Assembly: GCF_964355755.1 (NCBI RefSeq)
Contig: NC_092670.1
Location: forward strand, 23,112,795-23,176,794
From: Antedon mediterranea
Lineage: Eukaryota; Animalia; Echinodermata
Direction of reading: 5' to 3'
DNA length: 64,000 nucleotides
Shown one piece after another: positions 23,731 through 36,800 of this stretch. The notes under the pieces were generated by a model. It searched no databases, was not told the DNA's origin, and saw only the letters and a program-made list of their open reading frames with translations. The position numbers and the translations under genes are program-made. Within the stretch, counting starts at the first letter, position 1, and each line of letters begins with the position of its first letter.

Positions 23731-24659
23731 ATTTTGTTTTGGTTTTTAGGTGTACAATGGAATGGTTTCATCTCTTTAATTATAATGGGATCCGAATTTT
23801 TAGGCAGTCACTAATGCAGTCATTCGCTATTTAATAACATTTGTCTAAACGCGGCAAATTATTAAATTATTAATCATATTAATGGTTATTGTTAGAAAAT
23901 AACAATCTTCTATAAATAGATCAATAAATATGTGTTTAATAAATCCACAACTAACAAATTAACATGTATATAATGTAGTAAGTAAAATTACTGATCACCA
24001 ACGTGTGCATGAACTACTGTATAGTATAAACAGCCTACTATATTATGTTAACAATTTTGTGCAATTTGCAATAACCAATGAAAGCTTTTATAAATAGGCC
24101 TACACAGACTTTGTGTGTTTTCTTTATTTTGTTTGAAATAAAAAATTATTTTTAACAGTTATGGTGTGGTGATATTAGTTTTATTAGAAATATTATATCT
24201 ATTGGAGCAAGTTTCACTGGTAAATGAGATAATTGATCAGATCAAATCACAGAGCAGAGAAGACAAGAAATTGTTAGTATTATTATTCACACATGTAACT
24301 GGTTGTATTGTAGTATATTTTGGTGTATAGAACTGAAATTACGGGAACAACATTGTTTGATGTCATAAAAATGAAACATAAAGGTATGTCCATTTTCGGA
24401 AAATAATTCATCTCAGCGAGAACATACATTTAATTTAAAAAGGAAATTTGGCAGGTACAACTGAGATTTGTAATAATTATGTTGAAGTAATGAAATATGA
24501 AAAAAACAAATAAAACTCCTACCTTTCCAATTACTATTATCTTAGCATGACCCCATAGCATGATCAAACAGCATTCGATAGGAAAATTGTTCTGAGCAAC
24601 AACATGTTGACATTTTGAGGAAATTCAGGTAGGTAGAAGTGAGATTTTAATGAATTGTG

Positions 24660-26397
24660 TCTATTTTGTGTCATACGTCTAATATATATTACAGTGAAGC
24701 ATACAAAATATTACGAGACCCATATTTTTATTCTAATTTTACATTTTTTTTACTTGATGACGTCATCAAAATAAAACATGAAGGTAAGAACTTTATAGAA
24801 TAATTATCTAAATAATTATATTCTTAGAAGTTGAAGAATGTTGGGCACGCTGGCAAGTATTATGCCATCCTATGAGTATGACATAAATATAGTTACAGTG
24901 CTGACAGCATATTACTGAATATATTGTATATGTTATATAATTTAATTATCTATTAAATAATTAATACAATTTTGAAGGATTTTGGAAACATGAAACTGAG
25001 ATGCGCTCTAATCTGACTTATTGAATTCCACTGGCCATATGATGACGTCATGACATAGATAGACAAAATATGTAATTGAATTCAAATCTACTCTATTCAA
25101 ATTATACGTAATTTTTGCGTAGCAAGCCATTTTTATCATGACAAAAGTTGCTAAATATTATGAAACACACTTTCGTAAAGTTTGTGTTAAGAATTTAAAA
25201 GCAACCATAAATTCCATAAAATCGCGCATAACTTGCGCTGCTCGACTCTAAAATCATATAACGAAGCTTATTGCCATCTACAGCTACAGGTCAATCTTAT
25301 GACAAAGTTATACAATCTTATGTTGGCCAGATAAGTATACAGTATACACTATATACTGTATACGTACTACATACACTGCAGTATAGGTGAAAACAAGTGA
25401 CCAAAGTTATTGACGCTTTTGCACATAATGACGTCATAAAAAAAATTAAATGGTGAATCATGCGAAAGATAATTGATTGACCTAGACAATATAAAAAAAT
25501 GAGGGCAATGGAATACGGATAAGTGGAGATGCGCTCTATTAAATGTGATGAGCTATGACGAAAGAGACAAAAATCCTATAATTTATATTCGAGTGGCCAT
25601 ACGATGACGTCACAATGTCCGGTTAGCCATATCAATGCATGATTCGAGAAAAACAACTCATCTACTTCCAGAATATGTAATTTTAAAAAAGTTCACCACG
25701 TAGTTTAGAATTTATGACTGTTTAAAAAAAGGTCTAATTTTGACGATTTTTTGAAGTTTTTCATCAAAAACACGCGCAAATTATCCAATTCTACGTGCTC
25801 GTGTGACGTGATTTTAAGTCGAAATTGATTGAAAATTTATAAATTTACTAGAAAAGGCTGAAAAAATAAAAATCAAGCAAAAAAAAGATGTTTTTGCGCT
25901 ACGTGCGCACGCGCGCGTAAAAAAATTGCGCACGCGTGGGAATTTTTTAAATGCTCAAAATGACATGAAACGCATAGAAAATTGATTAGAAATTGATTTT
26001 TCGCATTTTGAAATTTTAAACGCGCGTGCGCGCGTAATTTTCTGCGCAACCTGCCATTTTTAATTCATAGAAAGTTTGCGCATGAAATGACTTAAATTTT
26101 CACCAAGTTTCAATACAAAATGACGTTTGGTTTTTAATCTATGATCAATCAGTTAAATTCATAAAATCGCGCGTAACTTACGCTGCGTAACTCCGAAATC
26201 GTCCAAAAGCTTGGCTGCACATCTACAGCTATAGGTCAATCTTATGACAAAGTTATACAATCTTATGTTGGCCAGAATTAGAGATATACGACCAACAAAA
26301 TTCGTGGAAAGAAAGAAGAACATAGAAAAAAAAAAAAAAAAAAAAAAAAAAAGATCCTGACAATAACAAGGGGTTATCCGCCAAGTGCGGATAACCA
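24660..26397. repeat. Subterminal region homologous to the non-autonomous units: a decayed partial copy followed by a well-preserved copy
   Basis: 24660-25331 is a degenerate match to the long unit and ends ...TGTTGGCCAGA. From about 25332 the sequence restarts at the internal AAGTATACAGTATACACTATATACTG motif and follows the standard unit to the terminus. Confidence 0.75.
26372..26396 (-). other. subTIR plus inverted-repeat terminus of the autonomous element
   Basis: GGTTATCCGC-CAAGT-GCGGATAACC is a perfect 10-bp stem. Its outer arm is the inverted complement of GGTTATCCGC at 5491-5500. Confidence 0.85.
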
Positions 26398-29300
26398 AAA
26401 AAAAAAAGATCCTGACAATAACAAGGGGTTATCCGCCAAGTGCGGATAACCAACTAGATTTGAACTCGTCACTACGGACGAGTTAGGTTATCCGCATCGC
26501 AAAAGCCACGCGCACGCCACACGTCAGAATATTGCCTGCAGAAAAACGATTATGCCATTGAAAAAAAAATTAGTGCGCTCTCTATTTTGCGTCACGTATA
26601 AGTATATACGGTATACGCTATATACTGTATAGGTACTACATACAGTGCAGAATAGGTGAAAATAAGTGACCAAAGTTACTGACGCTTTTGCACATGATGA
26701 CGTCATAGAAATTTCAAAAAATGTGAATCATGCGAAAGATAATTGATTGACCTAGACAATATAAAAAAATGGAGGGAAATGGAATACGGATAAGTGGAGA
26801 TGCGCTTTATTAAATGTGACGAGCTATGACGAAAGAGAAAAAAATCCTATATTTTATATTCGAGTGGCCATACGATGACGTCATAATGTTCGGTTAGCCA
26901 TATTAATGCATGATTCGATAAATACAACTCATCTACTTCCAGAATATGTAATTTAAAAAAAGTTCACCACGTAGTTTAGAATTTATTACTGTTTAAAAAA
27001 AGGCATAATTTTGACGAATTTCTTAACTTTTTTTTCAAAAATTCGCGCAAATTTTCAAATTCTACGTGCTCGTATGACGTGATATTAAGTCGAAATTGTT
27101 TGAAAGCTGGTAAATTTTCTAAAAAAGACAGGAAAAACAAAAATCAATCAAAAAAATGATGTTTTTGCGCTACGTGCGCACGTGCGCGTAAAAAAATTGC
27201 GCACGCGTGGGAATTTTTGAAATGCTCAAAATGACATGAAACGCGTAGAAAGTTGATTAGATATTAATTTTTCGCATTTTAAAATTTTAAATACGCGTGC
27301 GCGCGTAACTTTTTATGAAACATGCCATTTTTAATCCATAGAAACTTTGCGCATTATATGACTTAAATTTTCACAAAGTTTCAATACAAAACGACTTTTA
27401 GTTTTTATTCTATGATCAATCATTGAAATTCACAAAATCGCGCGTAACTTACGCTGCGCGACTCGAAATTTGAAAAAAAAAGTTTCTTGCACATCTACAG
27501 CTACAGGGCAATCTTTTGACAAAGTTATACAATCATATGTTGGCCAGAATTAGAGATAGGCTGCGCACAAAAAATGGGGGAGAAGGATGTAAGGAAAGAA
27601 ATAAATACTAGATTTGAACTCGTCACTACGGACGAGTTAGGTTATCCGCAGCGCAAAAGCCACGTGCACGTCGTACGTTAGAATATTGCGCGCAGATAAA
27701 CGATGATGCCATTGAAACAATTTCAGTTTTCTCTCTATTTTGCGTCACGTCTAAGTATATACGGTATACACTATAATTATACTCTATACGTACTACATAC
27801 AGTGCAGAATAGGTGAAAATAAGTGACCAAAGTTATTGACGCTTTTGGACATGATGACGTCATCACAATTTTTAAACTAATGAATCATGCGAAAGATAAT
27901 TGATTGACTTAGACAATATAAAGAAATGGAGGGCAATGGAATACGGATAAGTGGAGATGCGCTCTATTAAATGTTATGAGCTATACGAAAGAGAAAAAAA
28001 TCCTATATTTTATATTTGAGTGGCCTTACGATGACGTCACAATGTCCAGTTAGTTATATTGATGCATGATTCGATATCTACAACTCATCTACTTCCACAA
28101 TATGTAATTTAAAAAAAGTTCACCACGTAGTTTAGAATCTATGACTTTTTAAAAAAAGGCATAATTTTCACGATTTTTTTAACTTTTTCATCAAAAACGC
28201 GCGCAAATTGTTCAATTCTACGTGCTCGTATGACGTGATTTTAAGTCAAAATCCATTGAAAATTGTTAAATTTACTAGAAAAGGCTGAAAAAACAAAAAT
28301 CAAGCAAAAAAAATATGTTTTTGCGCTACGTGCGCACGCGCGCGTAAAAAAATGCGCGCTGGTGGGAATTTTTGAAATGCTCAAAATGACCTGAAACGCG
28401 TAGAAAATTGATTAGAAATTGATTTTTCGCAATTTGAAATTTTACACGCGCGTGCGCGCGTAACTTTTTTTGCAAACTGCCATTTTTAATCTACAGAAAG
28501 TTTTCGCTTTATATGACTTAAATTTTCACCAAGTTTCAATACAAAATGACTTTTGGTTTTTAATCTATGATCAATAATTGAAATTCATAAAATCGCGCGT
28601 AACTTACGCTGCGCGACTCGAAATTTGAAAAAAAAAGTTTCTTGCACATCTACAGATATAGGGCAATCTTTTGACAAAGTTATACAATCTTCTGTTGGCT
28701 AGAATTAGAGATACGCTGCCCACAAAAAATGGGAGAGAAGTGTGGAAAGAAAGAAATAAATACTAGATTTGAACTCGTCACTACGGACGAGTTAGGTTAT
28801 CCGCAGCGCAAAGGCCACGTGCACGTCATACATTAAAATATTGCGCGCAGAAAAACGATTAAGTCATTGAAACAATTTCAGTGTGCTCTCTATTTTTCGT
28901 CACGTCTGAATATATACGGTATACGCTATATACTGTATACGTACTACATACAGTGCAGAATAGGTGAAAATAAGTGACCAAAGTTATTGACGCTTTTGAA
29001 CGTGATGACGTCATCACAATTTTGAAAATGGTGAATCGTGCGAAAGATAATTGATAGACCTAGACAACATAAAAAAATGGGGGAAATGGAATACAAATAA
29101 GGGGAGATGCGCTATATTAAATGTGACGAGCTACGAGGAAAGAGACAAAAATCCTATATTTTATATTCGAGTAGCCACACGATGACGTCACAATGTCCGG
29201 TTAGCCATATTGATGCCTGATTTGATATCTGCAACTCATCTACTATCAGAATATGTAATTATAAAAAAGTTCACCACGTAGTTTAGAATCTATGACTGTT

Positions 29301-32300
29301 TAAAAAAAGGCATAATTTTGACAAATTTTTGAACTTTTTCATCAAAAACGCGCGCAAATTATCCAATTCTACGTGCTCGTGTGACGTGATTTAAAGTCGA
29401 AATTGATTGAAAATTTATAAATTTACTAGAAAAGGCTGAAAAAACAAAAAACAAGCAAAAAAAGGATGTTTTTGCGCTACGTGCGCACGCGCGCGTAAAA
29501 AAATTGCGCACGCGTGGGAATTTTTGAAATGCTCAAAATGACATGAAACGCGTAGAAAGTTGATTAGAAATTGATTTTTCGCATTTTGAAATTTTAAACG
29601 CGCGTGCGCGCGTAACTTTTTGTAAAACATGCTATTTTTAATCCATAGAAAGTTTGCGCATGATATGACTTAAATTTTCACCAAGTTTCAATACAAAATG
29701 ACTTTTAGTTTTTATTCTATGATCAATCATTGAAATTCACAAAATTGCGCGTAACTTACGCTGCGCGACTCGAAATTTGAAAATAAAAGTTTCTTGCACA
29801 TCTACAGCTACATATCAATCTTATGAAAAAGTTATACAATCATATGTTGCCCAAAATTAGAGATATGCGACCAACAAAATTCGTGGAAAGAAAGAAGAAA
29901 ATAGAAAAAAAAAGAGAAAAAAAAAAAAGATCCTGACAATAACAAGAGGTTATCCGCCAAGTGCGGATAACCAACTAGATTTGAACTCGTCACTACGGAC
30001 GAGTTAGGTTATCCGCAGTGCAAAAGCCACGTGCACGTCATACGTTAGAATAGTGCGCGCAAAAAAATAAAACGATTATGGCATTGAAAAATGTTAGTGC
30101 GCTCTCTATGTTGCGTCGCGTCTAAGTATATACGGTATAACACTATATACTGTATACGTACTACATACAGTGCAGAATAGGTGAAAATAAGTGACCAAAG
30201 TTATTGACGCATTTGAACATGATGACGTCATCACAATTTTTAAAATGGTGGATCATGCGAAAGATAATTGATTGATCTAGACAATATAAAAAAATTGAGT
30301 GAAATGGAATAAGGATAAGTAGAGATGCGCTCTATTAAAATGACGAGCTATGACGAAAGAGAAAAAAATCCTATATTTTATATTCGGGTGGCCATACGAT
30401 GACGTCACAATGTCTGGTTAGCCATATCAATGCATGATTCGAGAAAAACAACCCATCTACTTCCAGAATATGTAATTTTAAAAAAGTTCACCACGTAGTT
30501 TAGAATTTATGACTGTTTAAAAAAAGGTCTAATTTTGACGATTTTTTGAAGTTTTTCATCAAAAACACGCGCAAATTATCCGATTCTACGTGCTCGTGTG
30601 ACGTGATTTTAAGTCGAAATTGATTGAAAATTCATAAATTTACTAGAAAAGGCTGAAAAAACAAAAATCAAGCAAAAAAAAGATGTTTTTGCGCTACGTG
30701 CGCACGCGCGCGTAAAAAAATGCGCACGCGTGGGAATTTTTGAAATGCTCAAAATGACCTAAAACGCATAGAAAGTTGATTAGAAATGGATTTTTCGCAA
30801 TTTGAAATTTTAAACGCGCATGCGCGCGTAACTTTTTGTGCAACCTGCCATTTTTAATCCATAGAAAGTTTGCACCTAATATAACTTAAATTTTCACCAA
30901 GTTTCAATACAAAATGACTTTTGGTTTTTAATCTATGATCAATCATTGAAATTCATAAAATCGCGCGTAACTTACGCTGCGCGACTCAAAATTCATAAAA
31001 AAAAGTTTCATGCACATCTACAGCTACAGGGCAATCTTTTGACAAATTTATACAATCATATGTTGGCCAGAATTAGAGATACGCTGCCAACAAAAAATTG
31101 GAAAGAAGTGTGTAAAGAAAGAAAAAAATACTAGATTTGAACTCGTCACTACGGACGAGTTAGGTTATCCGCAGAGCAAACGCCACGCGCACGTCATACG
31201 TTAGAATATTGCGCAGAGAAAACCATTATGCCATTGAAAAAATGTTAGTGCGCTCTCTATTTTACGTCACGTCTAAGTATACACAGTATACACTATATAT
31301 TGTATACGTACTACATACAGTGAAGAATATGTGAAAATAAGTGGCCCAAGTTATTGACGCTTTTGGACATGATGACGTCATCACAATTTTTAAAACGGTA
31401 TATCATGCGAAAGATAATTGATTGGCATAGACAATATAAAAAAATGGGGGGAAATAGAATTAGGATAAGTGGAGATGCGCTCTATTAAATGTGATGAGCT
31501 ATGACGAAAGAGACAAAAATCCTATATTTTATATTTGAGTGGCCATACGATGACGTCACTATGTCCTGTTAGCCATATCGATGCATGATTCGATATCTAC
31601 AACTCATCAACTTCCAGAATGTGTAATTTAAAAAAAGTTCACCTTGTAGTTTACAATCTATGACTGTTTTAAAAAAGGCATAATTTTCATGAATTTTTTA
31701 ACTTTTTCATCAAAAACGCGCGTAAATTGTTCAATTCTACGTGCTCGTATGACGTGATTTTAAGTCGAAATTGTTTGAAAGTTGGTAAATTTACTAAAAA
31801 AGACAGGAAAAACAAAAATCAAGCAAAAAAAAGATGTTTTTGCGCTACGTGCGCACGCGCGCGTAAAAAATTTGCGCACGCGTGGGAATTTTTGAAATGC
31901 TCAAAATGACCTGAAACGCGTAGAAAGTTGATTAGAATTTGATTTTTTGCCTTTTGAAATTTTAAACGCGCGTGCGCGCGTAACTTTTTAGAAAAGTGCC
32001 ATTTTAAATCCATAGAAAGTTAGCGCATGATATAAATAACACTTTTGCCAAGTTTCAATTAAAATTGCTTTTTGGTTTTCAATCTATGTTAAATACGCAA
32101 AATTCACAAAATCGCGCGTAACTTACGCTGCGCGACTCTAAAGTCAAAAAACGAAACGTCCTGCACATCTACAGCTACAGGTCAATCTTATGAAAAAGTT
32201 ACACAATCTTCTGTTTGCCAGAATTAGAGATACGCTGCCAACAAAATTCAGGGAAAGAAAGAAGAATAACATAGAAAAAAAAAAAAAAAAAAAAAAAAGA

Positions 32301-33192
32301 TCCTGACAATAACAAGAGGTTATCCGCCAAGTGCGGATAACCAATAACAAGAGGTTATCCGCCAAGTGCGGATAACCAACTAGATTTGAACTCGTCACTA
32401 CGGACGAGTTAGGTTATCCGCAGAGCAAAAGCCACGTGCACGTCATACGTTAGAATATTGCGCAGAGAAAAACATTATGCCATTGAAAAAATGTTAGTGC
32501 GCTCTCTATTTTACGTAACGTCTAATTATACACGGTATACACTATATATTGTATACGTACTACATACAGTGAAGAATATGTGAAAATAAGTGGCCCAAGT
32601 TATTGACGCTTTTGGACATGATGACGTCATCACAATTTTAAAAACTGTATATCATGCGAAAGATAATTGATTGGCATAGACAATATAAAAAAATGGGGGG
32701 AAATGGAATTTGGATAAGTGGAGATGCGCTCTATTAAATGTGATGAGCTATGACGAAAGAGACAAAAATCCTATATTTTATATTTGAGTGGCCATACGAT
32801 GACGTCACTATGTCCTGTTAGCCATATCGATGCATGATTCGATATCTACAACTCATCAACTTACAGAATGTGTAATTTAAAAAAAGTTCACCTCGTAGTT
32901 TACAATCTATGACTGTTTTAAAAAAGGCATAATTTTGACAAATTTTTGAACTTTTTCTTCAAAAACGCGCGCAAATTGTTCAATTCTACGTGCTCGTATG
33001 ACGTGATTTTAAGTCGAAATTGATTGAAAATTGGTAAATTTACTAGAAAAGGCTGAAAAAACAAAAATCAAGCAAAAAAAAGATGCTTCTGCGCTACGTG
33101 CGCACGCGCGCGTGAAAAAAATGCGCACGCTTGGGAATTTTTGAAATGCTTAAAATGCCCTGAAACGCGTAGAAAGTTGATTAGAAATGGAT
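26398..33192. mobile_element. Head-to-tail array of non-autonomous Helentron units, right block
   Basis: Junction motif starts at 26454, 27608, 28763, 29975, 31131 and 32380 (units of 1154, 1155, 1212, 1156 and 1249 bp). The last unit breaks off at about 33192. 26398-26453 is the displaced end of the unit starting at 4290. Confidence 0.88.
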
Positions 33193-33365
33193 ATTTTTGC
33201 GCGTTTCTTCTTTATTTGTGCATTTCGTTTTATATTTTCACGTTTTCTTTTGTTTATATGCGATTCCTTCTTTAATTGTGTGATTTCTTCTTTAATTGTG
33301 TGATTCCTTCCTTAATTGTGTGAATATGATTTATATAGTGTGCGTGACAGTCGTGGGCCACCGTA
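33193..33365. repeat. Foreign fragment with 20-bp tandem repeats, ending GTGGGCCACCGTA (possible end of an unrelated DNA transposon)
   Basis: GATTCCTTCTTTAATTGTGT x3 at 33262-33322 and a GC-rich terminus-like end. It abruptly replaces the remainder of the array unit. Confidence 0.4.
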
Positions 33366-33604
33366 TAAAACAGAATATAACTGTATTTATGAAATATTCT
33401 AAATATGTTATACAGTGTAGGAAAGATTAAATTACGAGACTTATTTTTTAATTCAATTTTTAACTTGAAGGAATCATGAAAATGTAATATAAAATAGTAA
33501 TTTAAATCTAGTATTTTGTGCTGCCACCTAGCATAGTTTTTTTTTTCACTTCTGGTCAACATGTATCATGTATGCATCCTCTGTCTGCTGAAAGTAGACA
33601 ATAC

Positions 33605-33820
33605 GCGCATGCGCGAGAGTAGTTCGGGTTAAGCCACGCCCATTTATGTAAATTACCCACGTTCGTCATGGAAAAAAAAATTGGACGGGGGTAAATGTGA
33701 TATATTTTATGTTGTGATTGGGTATTTAGTTATTTGGTAATGACTGAACATGCGCACTTTATTTTTATATTGAGTATTTGATTGGTTAAAAATTTCCATA
33801 TATGACGTTGTTGCATAAAA
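33605..33820 (+). promoter_or_regulatory. Putative Pol II promoter of the OB-fold gene
   Basis: NRF1-type palindrome GCGCATGCGC (33605-33614), GCCACGCCC Sp/KLF box (33633-33641), two ATTGG (inverted CCAAT, about 33717 and 33781) and TATA-like CATAAAA (about 33814), all within 280 bp upstream of the ATG. Confidence 0.5.
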
Positions 33821-33881
33821 GTTAAGATAGAGTAAAGTAGTTAGTTGGAAAGTCAATGTAAAGTCAAGGTGTTGGGAAAGG

Positions 33882-36800
33882 ATGTCGAAAGTACGGAAGA
33901 TTTACATAGTCGAAAAATTCGAAAGGAGGGAATCTTCCAAGGGGCGGAGATCCTTCGGTGTTGGTTCAGTATTGGAATGTGGCGATACAGAAGTAAGGAA
34001 TTGCTTTATAAATGAGACAGAAAGTGTAGTAGCAGAACGGTTATATAACTTAGAAGTGGGAACAAAGGTTATGATAACCGAAGTGAAACCGAGCCTTGAT
34101 AATAATTCGTTGAAATTAACAGACAAATCTAAGGTATGCAATTAATGTATTTTTTATTAAATTATTATTATTATTATTGTTTATTTAATAGGTCTATGTC
34201 TATGTTGATATAAAATAGAATCCGTGCGTCACTATTGTTCTTAAAAAACTAAAACGGTACTTATATATAATTATGATCCATGATAACAATTATAATACAA
34301 TGTCATTTAATTAGATTTAGAAACCAGTTGATAACAATTGAATAATAAATAATAAACAGACGTTATTAACAGAATAGGGAGAAGAAATTGTTTATTATAA
34401 ATTAATTTACTCATTGATTGTTTATTTAAATTTTGTCATGAAATTTGCAATTTGTAGCCTAGGCTATTGTTTATAACATTAAAAAAACATTTAAATTGAC
34501 AAAATTATGATTGAGTATAATTCTTCTGAGTGTTAGGTCTATGTCATATTGCCAGTATAGGTTAATTGTAAATTCTGCTTTGTAAATACAATTTTCTGTT
34601 CAAGTACAAATTGAAGTAAGAAATTACGAAACTGTGGTAGGTGTATATATATTTTATTTTAACCAAACTTTTTCTTTTGTGATTTTAAGGTTTTGACAAA
34701 CATTGCTGATTTTGATGTTAATATAGAAGTTGTTCGTAATTTTATCAGACCACCGACAGTGTCAATGTCAGCAGCTAGGGGAAGCCCGAAGAAAACGAGG
34801 CTATCTTTGAATGGGACAGTAATGAAGGTAACATTTTCTTTTGATTTAATCTGGGGTTAGGCTTATAGCACAGTTGTGAAATTATGAGCTAGTTTCGTTT
34901 CGTACCTTACTTTTATTTCGACTCTAAATTTGTTAAGGAAAAGTAACAAATAAATCCTTTAAATTGAGTGATTTTCAGACGTGTTTTTTGCACATGATTT
35001 GTAAATTTCCCTAATTGACATTTCTATGGAGCGCCAAAAAAGCAACTATAATATAGGGCTAAAAAAATCAGTGGAATTCGTATGTTTAATACATCTATTG
35101 ATGAAAATTACGTTCAATTTCAAAACAATTTAGTCAATTTCAATACAACTAAAATGTTACTCTTTATTAACTTTGAAGAATAAAAATCGACAAATTCATA
35201 ATAATAAGGTGTACTGAGGTTTATATACCTCAATGATTTACATAATATACTTTTTAGTCTTAGTCCCGGGCATAGACTAATTAGTTATGCTGATTTAGGG
35301 TCGGTTAATGTTTTTTGAAAACAGTACATTCTCAGAAGTAACATGTTACAACATTTTTATTGGGAAAAAAAATGGAAATCAAAACGTGTATTTCATAAAT
35401 AGATGCATAAAAAGTAGACGCATTCCACTGAGTTTTAAACCTCTATTATAGTTTCTCTTTTGGTGCTCCATATAAACGAAAATATTGAAGTTTGTGTATA
35501 CAAAATTCGAAATTTACACGTTAGTAAAATCATTAAAACATTTTATTTGTTACTTTTTATGTGATTTTTCATACAAGTACTTTGAGCCTCAATTGTAAGG
35601 TGTGGTATTTATAATAAGTTACTTAACAAGTTTGAAGTTGAAATAAAAACAGGTGCTTAAAGGAACTAGCGACGTTATGAACAGTTATAACTTTCGTACT
35701 TTGTTTAGACTTGAGGATGAATGAATTTATATTATCATATTAGGATGCTTTATTTAGATACTCATTAATCAGTTTTACTATGCAATATGATGGAATATGA
35801 TAAATAAACATTTGTTGTTTATCATATTAAAGTAATGTATAGATATTCACCAGTAGTATAAATTACTTAAATTATAATTATAAACTATTAGACTATTAGT
35901 GTAGGTCTATTATAATTTGAAAATTGTTAATTTGGTAATATAATTTTAATAATCAATTACTAGATTAAAAGAAACCCAAAAATATATAATATAGCACCAG
36001 TTTTAACATCACATGCCTTTGTTGTTTTTTTGGTTGGTTTAGGTTGGTGAACTTTACGAAACACAAAAGTATAAAAGAAGATTGTTGACATTAGGCAGTA
36101 GCCCAGATAATTGTATCGACGTAGTTTTGTGGGGGGAGACCGCCTCAAATGTGTCAAGTGATATGAAAAATCAAGAACTAACCCTATCAGCACTAGTAAT
36201 GGAAGACAAAGAGTTGAGAAGTACTCCATCAACAGTGTTGGAGGTATGCATTTTTTTTTATTACTTTTTGGTAAATGAATATGTAACAGTGGTTTTGTTT
36301 TTAGAATGAAAACAACATTGATATCATATTGAATAAATGTATAGAAAGTATTATAGTGCCAATATCTATCAATAGCTTGGGAAGTCATATTGAAACATTG
36401 GAATATTTTGTTAGAAATTATTTATAGGTTGTTTGAAAGTAATGTGTGATAGTGTTGTCTTAACTCAAAAAAGGAATAAAAAAACATAATATTTGTATAT
36501 TGTTTTATATTTAGGTTATTTTTGTGAGAGATAAATATCAATTAGTTGTGTATATGTTGTAGATAAGGTTATTTTATATGTGTATTAAATCATAACCAAT
36601 GTTCAATATATTTCATTTGATTTTTTTGTGCTGTAGGCTGGCGGAGTTAATTCAGTTGATGGTGTAATTGTGGCTGTAGGAGACGAAAGTGATGGGTATG
36701 TACTTTTTTGTATTGTTTAAATTGTTTATATTATATTTGGTGATTGTGATATAATTGACTTTGAAAAAATAATTTTTCCAAAAAAAATTGTGTTCAATAT

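Larger units (their letters stand above)
5459..26397. mobile_element. Autonomous Helentron (endonuclease-encoding Helitron2-type rolling-circle transposon), ~20.9 kb, apparently full length
   Basis: Bounded by the family's CTAG/hairpin/subTIR end (5459-5500) and the subTIR-IR end (26372-26396). Contains an intact Rep-Pif1-endonuclease ORF. Flanked on both sides by an A-run with no target-site duplication. Confidence 0.9.

Noticed and set aside
285-32421. Recurrent palindromic 42-bp motif as CRISPR repeat or integron attC
   Set aside because: The intervening ~1.2-kb segments are homologous to each other, there is no cas or integrase gene, and the motif matches Helentron termini in a eukaryotic context.
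33505-33515. AAATCTAGT (also ~41848) as an extra Helentron terminus
   Set aside because: Lacks the adjacent hairpin and the GCGGATAACC subTIR.
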